Position numbers and translations under genes: made by a program
Part shown: positions 45,539-54,625 of the stretch, piece after piece
How the letters are laid out: every line of letters starts with the position of its first letter
Numbering within the stretch: position 1 is the first letter of the stretch
Notes under the pieces: generated by a model
The model's database searches: none
The model's input: only the letters and a program-made list of their open reading frames with translations
Told to the model about the DNA's origin: nothing
DNA from: a virus
IMG/VR virus record: IMGVR_UViG_3300033273_000460
Span: 32,001 to 96,000 of that record
DNA length: 64,000 bases
Strand: one strand, 5' to 3'

Positions 45539-45567
45539 TTGACAGGGCCGCAAGGCCCTGTTATAAT
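45539..45567 (+). promoter_or_regulatory. Perfect sigma70 promoter TTGACA-N17-TATAAT driving the modification operon; the spacer forms a GC hairpin
   Basis: TTGACA GGGCCGCAAGGCCCTGT TATAAT GAGTAC ATG. Confidence 0.8.
45542..45564 (+). terminator. Hairpin ACAGGGCC-GCAA-GGCCCTGT, a possible weak terminator of the tail operon
   Basis: 8-bp stem with a GNRA loop, 25 nt after the stop at 45517; poor U-tract. Confidence 0.5.
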
Positions 45568-45573
45568 GAGTAC

Positions 45574-45888
45574 ATGGAAAATTTAGAACAATTTGCAAAG
45601 CAACGTCTTGACTGGAATCGTCAACGACTAACACTGCACGAATCACAACAGGCAAGATTGACAGTACCACACAATGGTGGACTGTTCACTGTAGACATGA
45701 CACTGTTGGTGTATTTGCGTACATCAACTGTTGACACTTGCATACTAGTAGACAGTTATGGAAATCCTGTGCAAGTGGATGTGCAACAACTGCTAGAACT
45801 GTGCGAACAGCGTTGGCAGGAAGTTCTCAATGATTGGCACAATCAATATCAAGAACTCAAACGCATAAGAAAGGTAGAACAATTATGA
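45574..45888 (+). CDS. Hypothetical protein
   Basis: 104-aa ORF directly after the promoter; contains NGGLF and LVDSYGNPV. Confidence 0.65.
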   Translation: MENLEQFAKQRLDWNRQRLTLHESQQARLTVPHNGGLFTVDMTLLVYLRTSTVDTCILVDSYGNPVQVDVQQLLELCEQRWQEVLNDWHNQYQELKRIRKVEQL

Positions 45889-46064
45889 GTGATGGACCAT
45901 TTACATCAGAATTTGATATAGATCTAGAAGGTGTGGTAAGACGTGAATTAACTACATATCGTTATGTAGACGGTATGATGCGTATGGAAACTGTTACAAG
46001 AGTATACACTGGTAATGACTATAACGACAGTAGTGCAAGTATTCCACTACCGGAGATCAAATAA
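45885..46064 (+). CDS. Small hypothetical protein
   Basis: Start reassigned to MSDGPF, giving an ATGA overlap with the upstream stop. Confidence 0.6.
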   Translation: MSDGPFTSEFDIDLEGVVRRELTTYRYVDGMMRMETVTRVYTGNDYNDSSASIPLPEIK

Positions 46065-46231
46065 TGGAACCAGTAGATCCTAGCAAAAAACATTTTTATA
46101 TCAGTATGGTAAAAAGTGCTATACGCATTTGTGCTGGCGGAGTCTTGTGCTTTATGGGCAATGATTTCTTAATTGTTACTGGTGCGCTCATAATTGCAGC
46201 AGAAGTATTAGGCATAGCGGAGGAACTGTGA
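46064..46231 (+). CDS. Small two-helix membrane protein (55 aa, absent from the ORF track)
   Basis: MEPVDPSKKHFYISMVKSAIRICAGGVLCFMGNDFLIVTGALIIAAEVLGIAEEL. Has a GGAG SD and TAATG/GTGA coupling on both sides. Confidence 0.7.
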   Translation: MEPVDPSKKHFYISMVKSAIRICAGGVLCFMGNDFLIVTGALIIAAEVLGIAEEL

Positions 46232-47010
46232 GCAAAGGATGTCTACTGTTAGCAACCAAACATGAGTCAATTGATTATATTGGCATGGCCAAACTTGCGG
46301 CTGCACTGGTAGAAAAACATCTCAACATACACACTCACATACACATTGGCGAACAAGTAGAAGGCAATGTGCGATCGTTTCGTTGGGAAGATGGTACTGT
46401 AGAAAACGTGCAATGGTATAACAGTGATAGGCCATGTGCATTTGATATTTCTCCTTTTGAGGAAACACTGCTTGTAGATGTTGATTATCTCACATTTAAT
46501 AACAGTCTAGCAGGTGTGTTTGGTAGTGACAATGAGTTCTTGTGTTATGACCGTGCTTGGGATGTCACGCAAACAGGCACACTCAACAACGAAACCTTTA
46601 TGACACGCAATGGTCTGCCCATGTTGTGGGCAACTGTGATATACTTTCGTAAAACAGAACTAGCACACAACATATTTGAAACTATGAAGATGATACAAAA
46701 TTCATGGGGATACTATAGTAAACTTTATGGATTTATGGGAGGAAAATATCGCAATGATTTTGCTCTTACAATAGCACACCAATTAATGAATGGATATACC
46801 AACAACACATGCACATTTGATCATGCTCTTGCAACACTGGGTACAGAAGATACAGTGTATGGTGTGCGTGACAATCAACTGTTGATACGCTATAGACATG
46901 GTGTAGAACAAAATGCACTACGCCTACAAGATACAAATCTACACTGCATGAACAAACGTTGTTTGCAGGATGAACAAATACTAGAAGGACTGTGGAAACT
47001 TGCAGCCTAA
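46228..47010 (+). CDS. Glycosyltransferase-like protein (GT-A fold)
   Basis: ISPFEETLLVDVDY (DxD), WATVIYFRK, RNDFALTIA. Confidence 0.55.
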   Translation: MSKGCLLLATKHESIDYIGMAKLAAALVEKHLNIHTHIHIGEQVEGNVRSFRWEDGTVENVQWYNSDRPCAFDISPFEETLLVDVDYLTFNNSLAGVFGSDNEFLCYDRAWDVTQTGTLNNETFMTRNGLPMLWATVIYFRKTELAHNIFETMKMIQNSWGYYSKLYGFMGGKYRNDFALTIAHQLMNGYTNNTCTFDHALATLGTEDTVYGVRDNQLLIRYRHGVEQNALRLQDTNLHCMNKRCLQDEQILEGLWKLAA

Positions 47011-47815
47011 AAACGGACAGGGCTTTTTAACCTTTGCACACAACACACCAGATGTTGATTATGTCAACATGGCATATCTGTTGGCATTGAGCATAAAGCG
47101 CAGTTGCAGTATCAACAACTTCAGTGTTGTAGTTACAAAAGGCACAATGTTAACAGATGCACAACGTGATGTATTTGATCATGTGATAGAAATACCTACC
47201 ACACCTCTATTCTACAGCGAGTGCCTTGCTTGGAACTTGACACCCTACAAGGAAACATTTAAACTAGAATGTGACATGTTGGTTCCGCGCAGCATTGACC
47301 ATTGGTGGAGTGCATGTAGACTCAGTGATGTAGTGTTAACCACATGTGTTAGAAACTACAAAGGAGAGATTAGTGACAACAGGTTTTACAGGCGTTATTT
47401 TGATGCCAACAATTTGGTTGATGCTTATAATGGGTGTGTGTATTTTCGTTTCTCACAAGATAGCAAAACGTTTTTTGATACAGCACAATCTGTTTATCAA
47501 AACTGGGATCTATATCGCGACAGGGTGCTGGTTGGTAGTAACTATCCTAGTGCTGACACAGATGTTTGTTTTGGTGTTACCGCAGCACTTTTGGATATAT
47601 TTTCCTGTACTCTGCCATTAGACTTTCCAACTTTTACACACATGAAAGGTGCGATAAACGGCTGGAAATCACACATGGACTGGCGTGATGCAGTGCAATG
47701 GCACATTGATGATGAACACAATTTGTTTGTTGGCGGAGTTGCACAACAGTATCCTTTCCACTACTACCAAAAAGACTTTTGTACACCTGAATTGATTGCA
47801 CACTATGAGTTTTAA
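47000..47815 (+). CDS. Glycosyltransferase-like protein (GT-A fold), paralog of the upstream gene
   Basis: DYVNMAYLLALSIK, FDHVIEI, TPYKETFKLECDM, HMK, FHY. Confidence 0.55.
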   Translation: MQPKNGQGFLTFAHNTPDVDYVNMAYLLALSIKRSCSINNFSVVVTKGTMLTDAQRDVFDHVIEIPTTPLFYSECLAWNLTPYKETFKLECDMLVPRSIDHWWSACRLSDVVLTTCVRNYKGEISDNRFYRRYFDANNLVDAYNGCVYFRFSQDSKTFFDTAQSVYQNWDLYRDRVLVGSNYPSADTDVCFGVTAALLDIFSCTLPLDFPTFTHMKGAINGWKSHMDWRDAVQWHIDDEHNLFVGGVAQQYPFHYYQKDFCTPELIAHYEF

Positions 47816-48083
47816 CAACAAATACGGACTAGAATTTAGAATAACCTACAACGATGCAGGAGAACTAACCAGCGACAAAATTACTGCACGACCAGAAGAG
47901 GTTTGGGAACAGTCATATATAGTTGTAGAAGAACATTTTAGCAAACGACCTGGTCACAGAGTTGTAGATGGTTCTCTCGTAGAAATTGATACCAGCATAC
48001 ACATATATCACAAACCTGCACGTGGTATATTGATCAACAACAATCCATATTTTTGCAAAGAGGAAATCAATGACGCAAGTTGA
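47805..48083 (+). CDS. Hypothetical protein
   Basis: Overlaps both neighbours; start taken at MSFNNKY. Confidence 0.5.
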   Translation: MSFNNKYGLEFRITYNDAGELTSDKITARPEEVWEQSYIVVEEHFSKRPGHRVVDGSLVEIDTSIHIYHKPARGILINNNPYFCKEEINDAS

Positions 48084-48975
48084 TGTAGCAGATCTAGACT
48101 GTATATTTCTCACCTATTATGAACCCAAGCGAGAAGAGTTTTGGGCACAGATCAGCAACATGGTGCCGTGGGCAAAACGTGTTGATGGTGTTAAAGGATC
48201 AGATGCAGCACACAAAGCAGCAGCAGATGCCAGCGACACAGAACGTTTTGTGTTAATTGATGGAGACAATTTGCCTGAAGAACGTTTCTTCAATTTGGTT
48301 CTTGACATACCAGAAAACATGGCAGACTGTGTGTTCCGTTGGAAAGGACGCAATGACATCAACGGATTGATGTATGGCAATGGTGGACTAAGTTGTTGGA
48401 CTAGAGAGTTTGTCAACAACATGCGCACACACGAAAACACAGATGGCACAGATGCTACACTGGTAGAGTTTTGTTTTGATAACAAATATCTTCCAATGAA
48501 CAATTGCTACAGCACCAGTTACCCCAACGGTGATGAGTATCATGCATGGCGTGCAGGATTTAGAGAAGGTGTTAAACTGTGTTTGGACAGAGGTGCAAAA
48601 CCTCCAGTGGACAACTTTCCGTGGAACCTGCACCATGTCAACAGAGATCACTTGAGCATTTGGCATAACATTGGACGTGATGCGGACTATGGCGAACATG
48701 CTATCCAAGGTGCACGTTATGGCACATACAAACTTATGTGTACAGAGTGGGATTGGACTGAAACACAAGACTTTGATAAACTAAAAAACATCTACGATGA
48801 ATGGCAGCAAGACAACTGGGATCAAACCATACTAGCAGCACGTCTTGGATTGGAGATACACGAATACACTGCAGAACAAAGTGCATTCTTTAAACATCAC
48901 ATGCAACGCACCTATCACGAACATGATGCAATGACCACAGAAATTGAGCTGATACGAAAGGCAGAAGGTTGGTAA
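48070..48975 (+). CDS. Glycosyltransferase-like protein (GT-A fold)
   Basis: RVDGVKGSDAAHKAAA, FVLIDGDN (DxD), NGLMYGNGG, AWRAGFREGVKL. Confidence 0.55.
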   Translation: MTQVDVADLDCIFLTYYEPKREEFWAQISNMVPWAKRVDGVKGSDAAHKAAADASDTERFVLIDGDNLPEERFFNLVLDIPENMADCVFRWKGRNDINGLMYGNGGLSCWTREFVNNMRTHENTDGTDATLVEFCFDNKYLPMNNCYSTSYPNGDEYHAWRAGFREGVKLCLDRGAKPPVDNFPWNLHHVNRDHLSIWHNIGRDADYGEHAIQGARYGTYKLMCTEWDWTETQDFDKLKNIYDEWQQDNWDQTILAARLGLEIHEYTAEQSAFFKHHMQRTYHEHDAMTTEIELIRKAEGW

Positions 48976-49883
48976 TTGATTTAACAAAGTACTGTGGTAG
49001 TGTTAGACATTGGAATACACACCTACTAGCATTAGAAATTGCACAAAATAAAAATAGATCAATTGAATTTGATCTAGCACACGAGCATTGGGATGTTGAT
49101 GTTAATGGAATACACAGTGTAATACAGGACTGTTTTGTTAATTTGAATATCAAACAACCTATAGTATATGCACATGACCGCAGACGTTCAATCTCTAATT
49201 ATTACAAATACATGCTAGATTGGAAGTATAATCCTTGTACCAAAATTGGATATGGTCAATTTTTTGGCAGACCCACATATGAAAGATTGTATTGTCATCA
49301 CAAACATCTCAATTGGCGCCATCGTGCGTTAGGTGTTGCAACTTTTCATTTCTGCCCAGATGGTTTAAATGCACACAACTGTGATTTTGTAGAATTTCTT
49401 TGGGAACAACCCGAAAAATGGGCTAGTCTTAAAAGTTCTGGCTTGCCTTATGCAGATATAGAATGTAAATACGATGAACACGGTGCCCTTGCTAACCACG
49501 GTGTTGATCATACCGATTATGATAATTTGAAACAAGCATATAAAAAAATATGTGCAGAAGTTGTGTGTGAAACTAACACCCAGGGTAAAACTTATTTTAT
49601 AACCGAAAAAACACTGAGACCAATGCTAAATGGTTGTATACCTTTGATAATATCAAATGCAGGATATGAGAGCTATCTAAAAAGTTTAGGTTTTGACCTG
49701 TTTGATGATGTGTTAGACAAAAGTTATGATAAGAATACAGGTGCAATAAGGATTGAAAAAGTTTATCATGTTCTCGAAGATATACTTGTAAACAAAGACA
49801 AGTTGTGGTTGAAACAGTTATCCAACAGATTACAAAACAATATAGAACGAGCAACAAGTTACATACAGGAAAATATTGTATGA
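48969..49883 (+). CDS. Putative GT-B glycosyltransferase-like protein (ET..F.TEKT..P family), copy 1
   Basis: C-terminal VVCET..YFITEKTLRPMLNG.IP..YLKSLGFDLFDDVLDKSYD, reminiscent of the GT10 nucleotide-sugar-binding motif. Confidence 0.45.
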   Translation: MVIDLTKYCGSVRHWNTHLLALEIAQNKNRSIEFDLAHEHWDVDVNGIHSVIQDCFVNLNIKQPIVYAHDRRRSISNYYKYMLDWKYNPCTKIGYGQFFGRPTYERLYCHHKHLNWRHRALGVATFHFCPDGLNAHNCDFVEFLWEQPEKWASLKSSGLPYADIECKYDEHGALANHGVDHTDYDNLKQAYKKICAEVVCETNTQGKTYFITEKTLRPMLNGCIPLIISNAGYESYLKSLGFDLFDDVLDKSYDKNTGAIRIEKVYHVLEDILVNKDKLWLKQLSNRLQNNIERATSYIQENIV

Positions 49884-50839
49884 AGTGTGGAGCATTTGAT
49901 AGCGGATTGTCAATACATCCAGATGGAAAAGTAAGTCCTTGTTGTGTGTTTGATCACAATTATTTTCAAGACTTGCATGAGTTGGATTGGAATGATCCAT
50001 GGTTAGATTTACGTGACGGCAGAGGTTGCGCCGCTTGCAAATTTAAAGGTAAAACATATCGAGACAGTTTCGATGATTTCTTAAATGACAGTTATAAAGT
50101 TAGACATCTTGACATTAGAAATAACAACTTGTGTAATTTAGAATGCAGTATATGCAACAGCTATTACAGTAGTAAATGGGCTGAAAGATTAGGCGAGCAA
50201 AAATTTATAAGCACAGAATTTAATATAGATTTATCAAGTGTAGTGTCTATATATTTTGCAGGCGGTGAGCCATTGTTAAATCCTACACATTGGAAAATAC
50301 TAGACAGTATACCTCATCCAGAAAGAGTGTCTTTGCAATACAGTACCAATGGTTCTGTTACAAGAAAAATTCAAAAGTATTGGCCAAAATTTAGAGATGT
50401 ATTAGTGTGCGCAAGTATGGATGCATATGGTCAGCTTGGTGAATATTTAAGGTATGGAACAGACTGGAAAAAATTTGAATCTAATCTAGCCATAATGTCA
50501 GAGTATGCAACTGTGAAAATTGTACCTACAGTCAGTGTTTTAAACATTTTTCATCTTGAAAGTTTGGTTAATTGGAGTAAGTATGAAATAGAATGGAACT
50601 GTTTAACAGGTCCAGATTATTTGTGTGTAAGTGTGCTTCCAACAGAATTAAAAAAACAAATACCGTATGTACCAGATGGTGTTGATCAACTACAACAACT
50701 TTTAGAAATAGATAGTAGTTATTTATTTCCGCATACAATGAGCTTTGTGCTATTACAGGACAAGATAAAAGGTACAGATGTTTGGAGTTATCTGCCTTTT
50801 GAAAAATATGCAATACAGGAGTATATGCAAAAGAAATGA
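49880..50839 (+). CDS. Radical SAM protein with N-terminal Twitch/SPASM-like domain (#1)
   Basis: C..F...IHPDGKVSPCC..CAAC, then CNLECSIC, FAGGEP, STNGS. Start reassigned to MKCGAF (ATGA overlap). Confidence 0.85.
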   Translation: MKCGAFDSGLSIHPDGKVSPCCVFDHNYFQDLHELDWNDPWLDLRDGRGCAACKFKGKTYRDSFDDFLNDSYKVRHLDIRNNNLCNLECSICNSYYSSKWAERLGEQKFISTEFNIDLSSVVSIYFAGGEPLLNPTHWKILDSIPHPERVSLQYSTNGSVTRKIQKYWPKFRDVLVCASMDAYGQLGEYLRYGTDWKKFESNLAIMSEYATVKIVPTVSVLNIFHLESLVNWSKYEIEWNCLTGPDYLCVSVLPTELKKQIPYVPDGVDQLQQLLEIDSSYLFPHTMSFVLLQDKIKGTDVWSYLPFEKYAIQEYMQKK

Positions 50840-52197
50840 GTGATTATTACAAAGATGCACAGGTTGCACAACAACGGTTAGCAGGCATAAGTGACAGTTT
50901 CTGTTTGGCCAAATGGAAACAGGTAAGCCTACATTTGACCACAGGACACACCAACAGTTGTTATCATCCTCCACTGCATCGTATACCCATAGAACCACTT
51001 GCTGACAATCCAAGTGCATTGCACAACACTGAACACAAAAAGCAGAGCCGCCGTGAAATGATGGCAGGTGTAAAGTGCAGTGATTGTCAATACTGTTGGA
51101 ACATTGAAGCACAAGGCAACATGAGTGACCGTCACTATCGCAGTGGTGAGCGTTGGGCTATGGAAAGTTTTGAGGATATTGTAAACAATCCACAGGCAGA
51201 TGTCAACCCTAGTTATGTTGAAGTTAACTTTAACCATGCATGCAATCTAAAGTGCAGTTATTGCAGTCCACAGTTTAGCAGCACATGGGAACAGGAAACA
51301 AAAGAACATGGTGCATGGCCTACCAGCACACCACACAATGATCCAAAGCACTTTACAGGTGAACGGCGTCCTATTCCCAACAGAGAGCACAACCCATACA
51401 GAGAAGCATTCTGGCGTTGGTGGCCAGACCTGTATCCAGACCTCAAACACTTTCGCATGACAGGCGGTGAACCCTCAATGGATCCCAACACCTATCGTGT
51501 GTTTGACTATGTGCTGGAAAATCCAAAAAGTGATCTACACCTAAACACCACCAGTAACTTTAGTGTGGACCAACGTGTGTGGGAAAAATACAAAGGCTAT
51601 GTGCAACGGCTGTGCAAAGGAGAACAAATTGAACACTTTATGCAGTTTGTTAGTTTAGACACATGGGGTGCCCAAGCAGAATACATACGACATGGACTAG
51701 ACTTTGAACTAGCGATAAATAGATGTGAAGAGTTTGTTCGCGATGTCCCCTATCGTAGCAGTCTAACGTTCATTATAACAATGAATAATTTGAGTATACT
51801 TTCTCTCAAAAAACTATTAGAATATATTGTACACTTACGCAAAACCTACACAGACACATACCAACGTGTATGGTTTGATACTCCACTGTTGTACACTCCA
51901 GACTGGCAAAGCATGCAGATACTGCCTATGGAGTTTCAAATAGTAATGCAAGAATGTATACGCTACATGGAAGACAACTTGCACGACATGCATGGATTCA
52001 AGGACTACGAAGTGTTAAAAATGAAGCGTGATTTAGATTGGATGCTACAAGGCACCACAGATGTAGAACGCAAACGTGGAGACTTCTATAGATTCTTTAG
52101 TGAACATGATCGCAGACGCGGCACAAACTTTTTAGAGACATTTCCTGAAATGGAACAGTTTTGGAGACAGTGTGAATATTTTAGTAACAGGCAGTGA
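50836..52197 (+). CDS. Radical SAM protein, Twitch-domain type (#2)
   Basis: FCLAKW..SCYHPPLH..CQYCW, then CNLKCSYC and MTGGEP. Confidence 0.88.
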   Translation: MSDYYKDAQVAQQRLAGISDSFCLAKWKQVSLHLTTGHTNSCYHPPLHRIPIEPLADNPSALHNTEHKKQSRREMMAGVKCSDCQYCWNIEAQGNMSDRHYRSGERWAMESFEDIVNNPQADVNPSYVEVNFNHACNLKCSYCSPQFSSTWEQETKEHGAWPTSTPHNDPKHFTGERRPIPNREHNPYREAFWRWWPDLYPDLKHFRMTGGEPSMDPNTYRVFDYVLENPKSDLHLNTTSNFSVDQRVWEKYKGYVQRLCKGEQIEHFMQFVSLDTWGAQAEYIRHGLDFELAINRCEEFVRDVPYRSSLTFIITMNNLSILSLKKLLEYIVHLRKTYTDTYQRVWFDTPLLYTPDWQSMQILPMEFQIVMQECIRYMEDNLHDMHGFKDYEVLKMKRDLDWMLQGTTDVERKRGDFYRFFSEHDRRRGTNFLETFPEMEQFWRQCEYFSNRQ

Positions 52198-52990
52198 TGG
52201 TTTTCTCGGCAAACACACAGTACAATATTTGCGCAGCAAAGGTCACACTGTAACTGCACATAATACAGATGTGTTAGATGGATTACCAGAACACACATAT
52301 GATGTAGTATTTCATTTTGCTGCTTATGTAGGCGGTCGCAAAGGAATTGAAAATAATACCTGGCTAGTTGCTAAAAATATTGAAATAGACAGAACTGTTT
52401 TTGAATGGGCAGAAACACACTGTGGGAAGATAGTATATCCTAGTAGTTGTGCCGCATATCCTTTGTGGACACAAACAAGCACAGATATTACAATGAAAGA
52501 AAATTTGCCATTGGATAGTGTGTATGATATTTATGGTCTAAGCAAAGTAACTGCTGAACGTATGTTAAGGTACACTAAAATAACAAGTAACATAGTGCGC
52601 ATTTTTAGCAGTTATGGGCCAGATCAAACATTAGATTATCCTTTGCCTAGCATCATTGCAAGAGCAAAGCAAGGTGAATGTAGTGTATGGGGTACAGGCA
52701 CACAGACTAGAGATTGGGTATACATTGATGATGTATTGCGTGTGTTTGAATATTTGCTTACAAATGACGTAGGTGTATTAAATATTGGCACAGGCGTTGC
52801 TACTAGTTTTCACGACTTAGCACAAACTATATATCGTTGTATACACGGAATTACTATACCTGTTAGCGTAACCGCATCCGAACCCGAAGGCGCAAGCCAT
52901 AGATGTGCAGATATTACACTGTTACAGAAACTAGGGTTAGAACCAAATGTTACCTTAGAACAAGGAATATACAGATGCTTAAAACAATAG
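52172..52990 (+). CDS. NAD-dependent epimerase/dehydratase (extended SDR)
   Basis: TGSDGFLG, HFAA, SSCAAY, YGLSK, YGP, GTGTQTRDWVYIDD, NIGTG. Confidence 0.88.
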   Translation: MNILVTGSDGFLGKHTVQYLRSKGHTVTAHNTDVLDGLPEHTYDVVFHFAAYVGGRKGIENNTWLVAKNIEIDRTVFEWAETHCGKIVYPSSCAAYPLWTQTSTDITMKENLPLDSVYDIYGLSKVTAERMLRYTKITSNIVRIFSSYGPDQTLDYPLPSIIARAKQGECSVWGTGTQTRDWVYIDDVLRVFEYLLTNDVGVLNIGTGVATSFHDLAQTIYRCIHGITIPVSVTASEPEGASHRCADITLLQKLGLEPNVTLEQGIYRCLKQ

Positions 52991-53970
52991 GATTAACATT
53001 TCCTAAATCTAGTCAATGGCATACAGATCAAATTGCACTTATGCAAAGCCTAGGAACACAAATTGAGGACAAGTTTCCAGATGCAAATAATGTTTTGATC
53101 AACATGACATGGTTTGGGCCACAGTTTGAAAATAATGAATACGATAAGTTTTTAGAGTATGCCAGTACTACCCAGATAGATAATCTTTTTTTGCTTGCAA
53201 GTGAAGATCCTTGTTTTTTTAATCGAGAGGAAACTTTTAATTTTATTGCACTGAGTGAAGCTGTTAACAGTTATTTGTTAGGTCACTTTGATAGCGATTA
53301 CAACTTTAACTTTCATAATCTTGTACTTCCTAAATATTTTTATCCCTATACTGAAGACCAAATCATAATGAAAGATCCTAAATTTGTTTTTATTTGTTAC
53401 AACAGAAAGCCTAGGCCTCATAGGACAAAGTTGGTTGATCTATTAGATAGTAGTTATCTAAGTAGCTATGGTGTTATAACACTAGGAGATAACCGTACAC
53501 TAGGAGAATCTGTTGACGATATTGGTGTAGAAAACCAATGGTGGCCAGAGGAGTATGGTATACCACATGACATACACAGTTTAGGTAGACTAGATGTATG
53601 GCAAAATCACTTTTTAACAATAGTCAGTGAAACAGACTATGAAGACATGTTATGGACATTTGTTACCGAAAAAACTTGGAAACCTATAATAGGATTAAGA
53701 CCTTTTGTAATCAATGGCCAGACTGCAGTTTATAAATGGTTAACTGATAATGGGTTTCGTACATTCAATAAGTATTGGAGCCACATTGATTTAGAAACAT
53801 GCAATATAGATGAAATTCATCCTAATATTTGCAGTGTTATTGAATTTCTCAAGACTCAAGATCTAAAACAAATGTACATTGACATGTTGCCAGATTTACG
53901 TTATAATAAACAACGCTTTTATGAATTCAGTAGCGAGCAAAAACATAAGATGGAGAATTTATTTGGATAA
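52975..53970 (+). CDS. Putative GT-B glycosyltransferase-like protein, copy 2
   Basis: FICYNRKPRPHR, IVSET, FVTEKTWKPIIGLRPFVING..L..NGFRTF. Start at MLKTIG with AAGGA SD. Confidence 0.45.
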   Translation: MLKTIGLTFPKSSQWHTDQIALMQSLGTQIEDKFPDANNVLINMTWFGPQFENNEYDKFLEYASTTQIDNLFLLASEDPCFFNREETFNFIALSEAVNSYLLGHFDSDYNFNFHNLVLPKYFYPYTEDQIIMKDPKFVFICYNRKPRPHRTKLVDLLDSSYLSSYGVITLGDNRTLGESVDDIGVENQWWPEEYGIPHDIHSLGRLDVWQNHFLTIVSETDYEDMLWTFVTEKTWKPIIGLRPFVINGQTAVYKWLTDNGFRTFNKYWSHIDLETCNIDEIHPNICSVIEFLKTQDLKQMYIDMLPDLRYNKQRFYEFSSEQKHKMENLFG

Positions 53971-54625
53971 ATTTTTAATTTATTATGTAGCAGGAAGTGG
54001 CGGGCAATTTCTCACAAGTGTTTTTGCTAACCTAGTAGGAATCAATGTACGTCCTATTTTTAGTTTCAGTGGCAATAGTCATGATTTAGGAAAAGGAGCA
54101 TGGCAAGGTTATGGTAGAGATATTTGCTTTTGTGGAGATCTCTGGGAATTAAATTACCGACCAGGTGCTACAATTTACTACACACATTCTGGTGACATGA
54201 AAAAGTTTAAACAAGAAAATCCAGATTTTAAAATTGTATCGATTGATGTAGACGAGGAAGATTATAGAAAAGTAACAGAGTTGTATGTATGCAAAGCCTG
54301 GCCAGACATACTAAGAGATAATGATGGAGAATATGAAAAATGGAAAGGACCAGATTGGCCAGAGTGGGAATACAAAGTAATACAAAAAAGTGAGATGGTA
54401 AAAAACGAACTTATAGATGCATTTTTACCCGACACATCTAATTGGATGAAAAACTACAACAAAGATGTTGTGGATGCGAAAATTAACTTTAAATCACTAA
54501 TAGGAATAAGAGGAAATTTAGCAAAAGAGTGTGGCGAAATAGCTAACCGTCCTGTGAGCCAGACAGTCATAAATCTTATTCAAGAATACCAGGACATCAA
54601 TAGAAAGTTATACTTTGCAAACTGA
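53963..54625 (+). CDS. Hypothetical protein, possible sulfotransferase/P-loop-like fold
   Basis: TTG start after GGAG. N-terminal IYYVAGSGGQFL resembles a 5'-PSB loop. Confidence 0.35.
   Translation: MDKFLIYYVAGSGGQFLTSVFANLVGINVRPIFSFSGNSHDLGKGAWQGYGRDICFCGDLWELNYRPGATIYYTHSGDMKKFKQENPDFKIVSIDVDEEDYRKVTELYVCKAWPDILRDNDGEYEKWKGPDWPEWEYKVIQKSEMVKNELIDAFLPDTSNWMKNYNKDVVDAKINFKSLIGIRGNLAKECGEIANRPVSQTVINLIQEYQDINRKLYFAN

Noticed and set aside
45574-46231. RiPP precursor peptides for the radical SAM enzymes
   Set aside because: The small ORFs lack evident leader/core or repeated motifs, no RRE/PqqD domain, protease or transporter was seen, and the neighbours are sugar enzymes.
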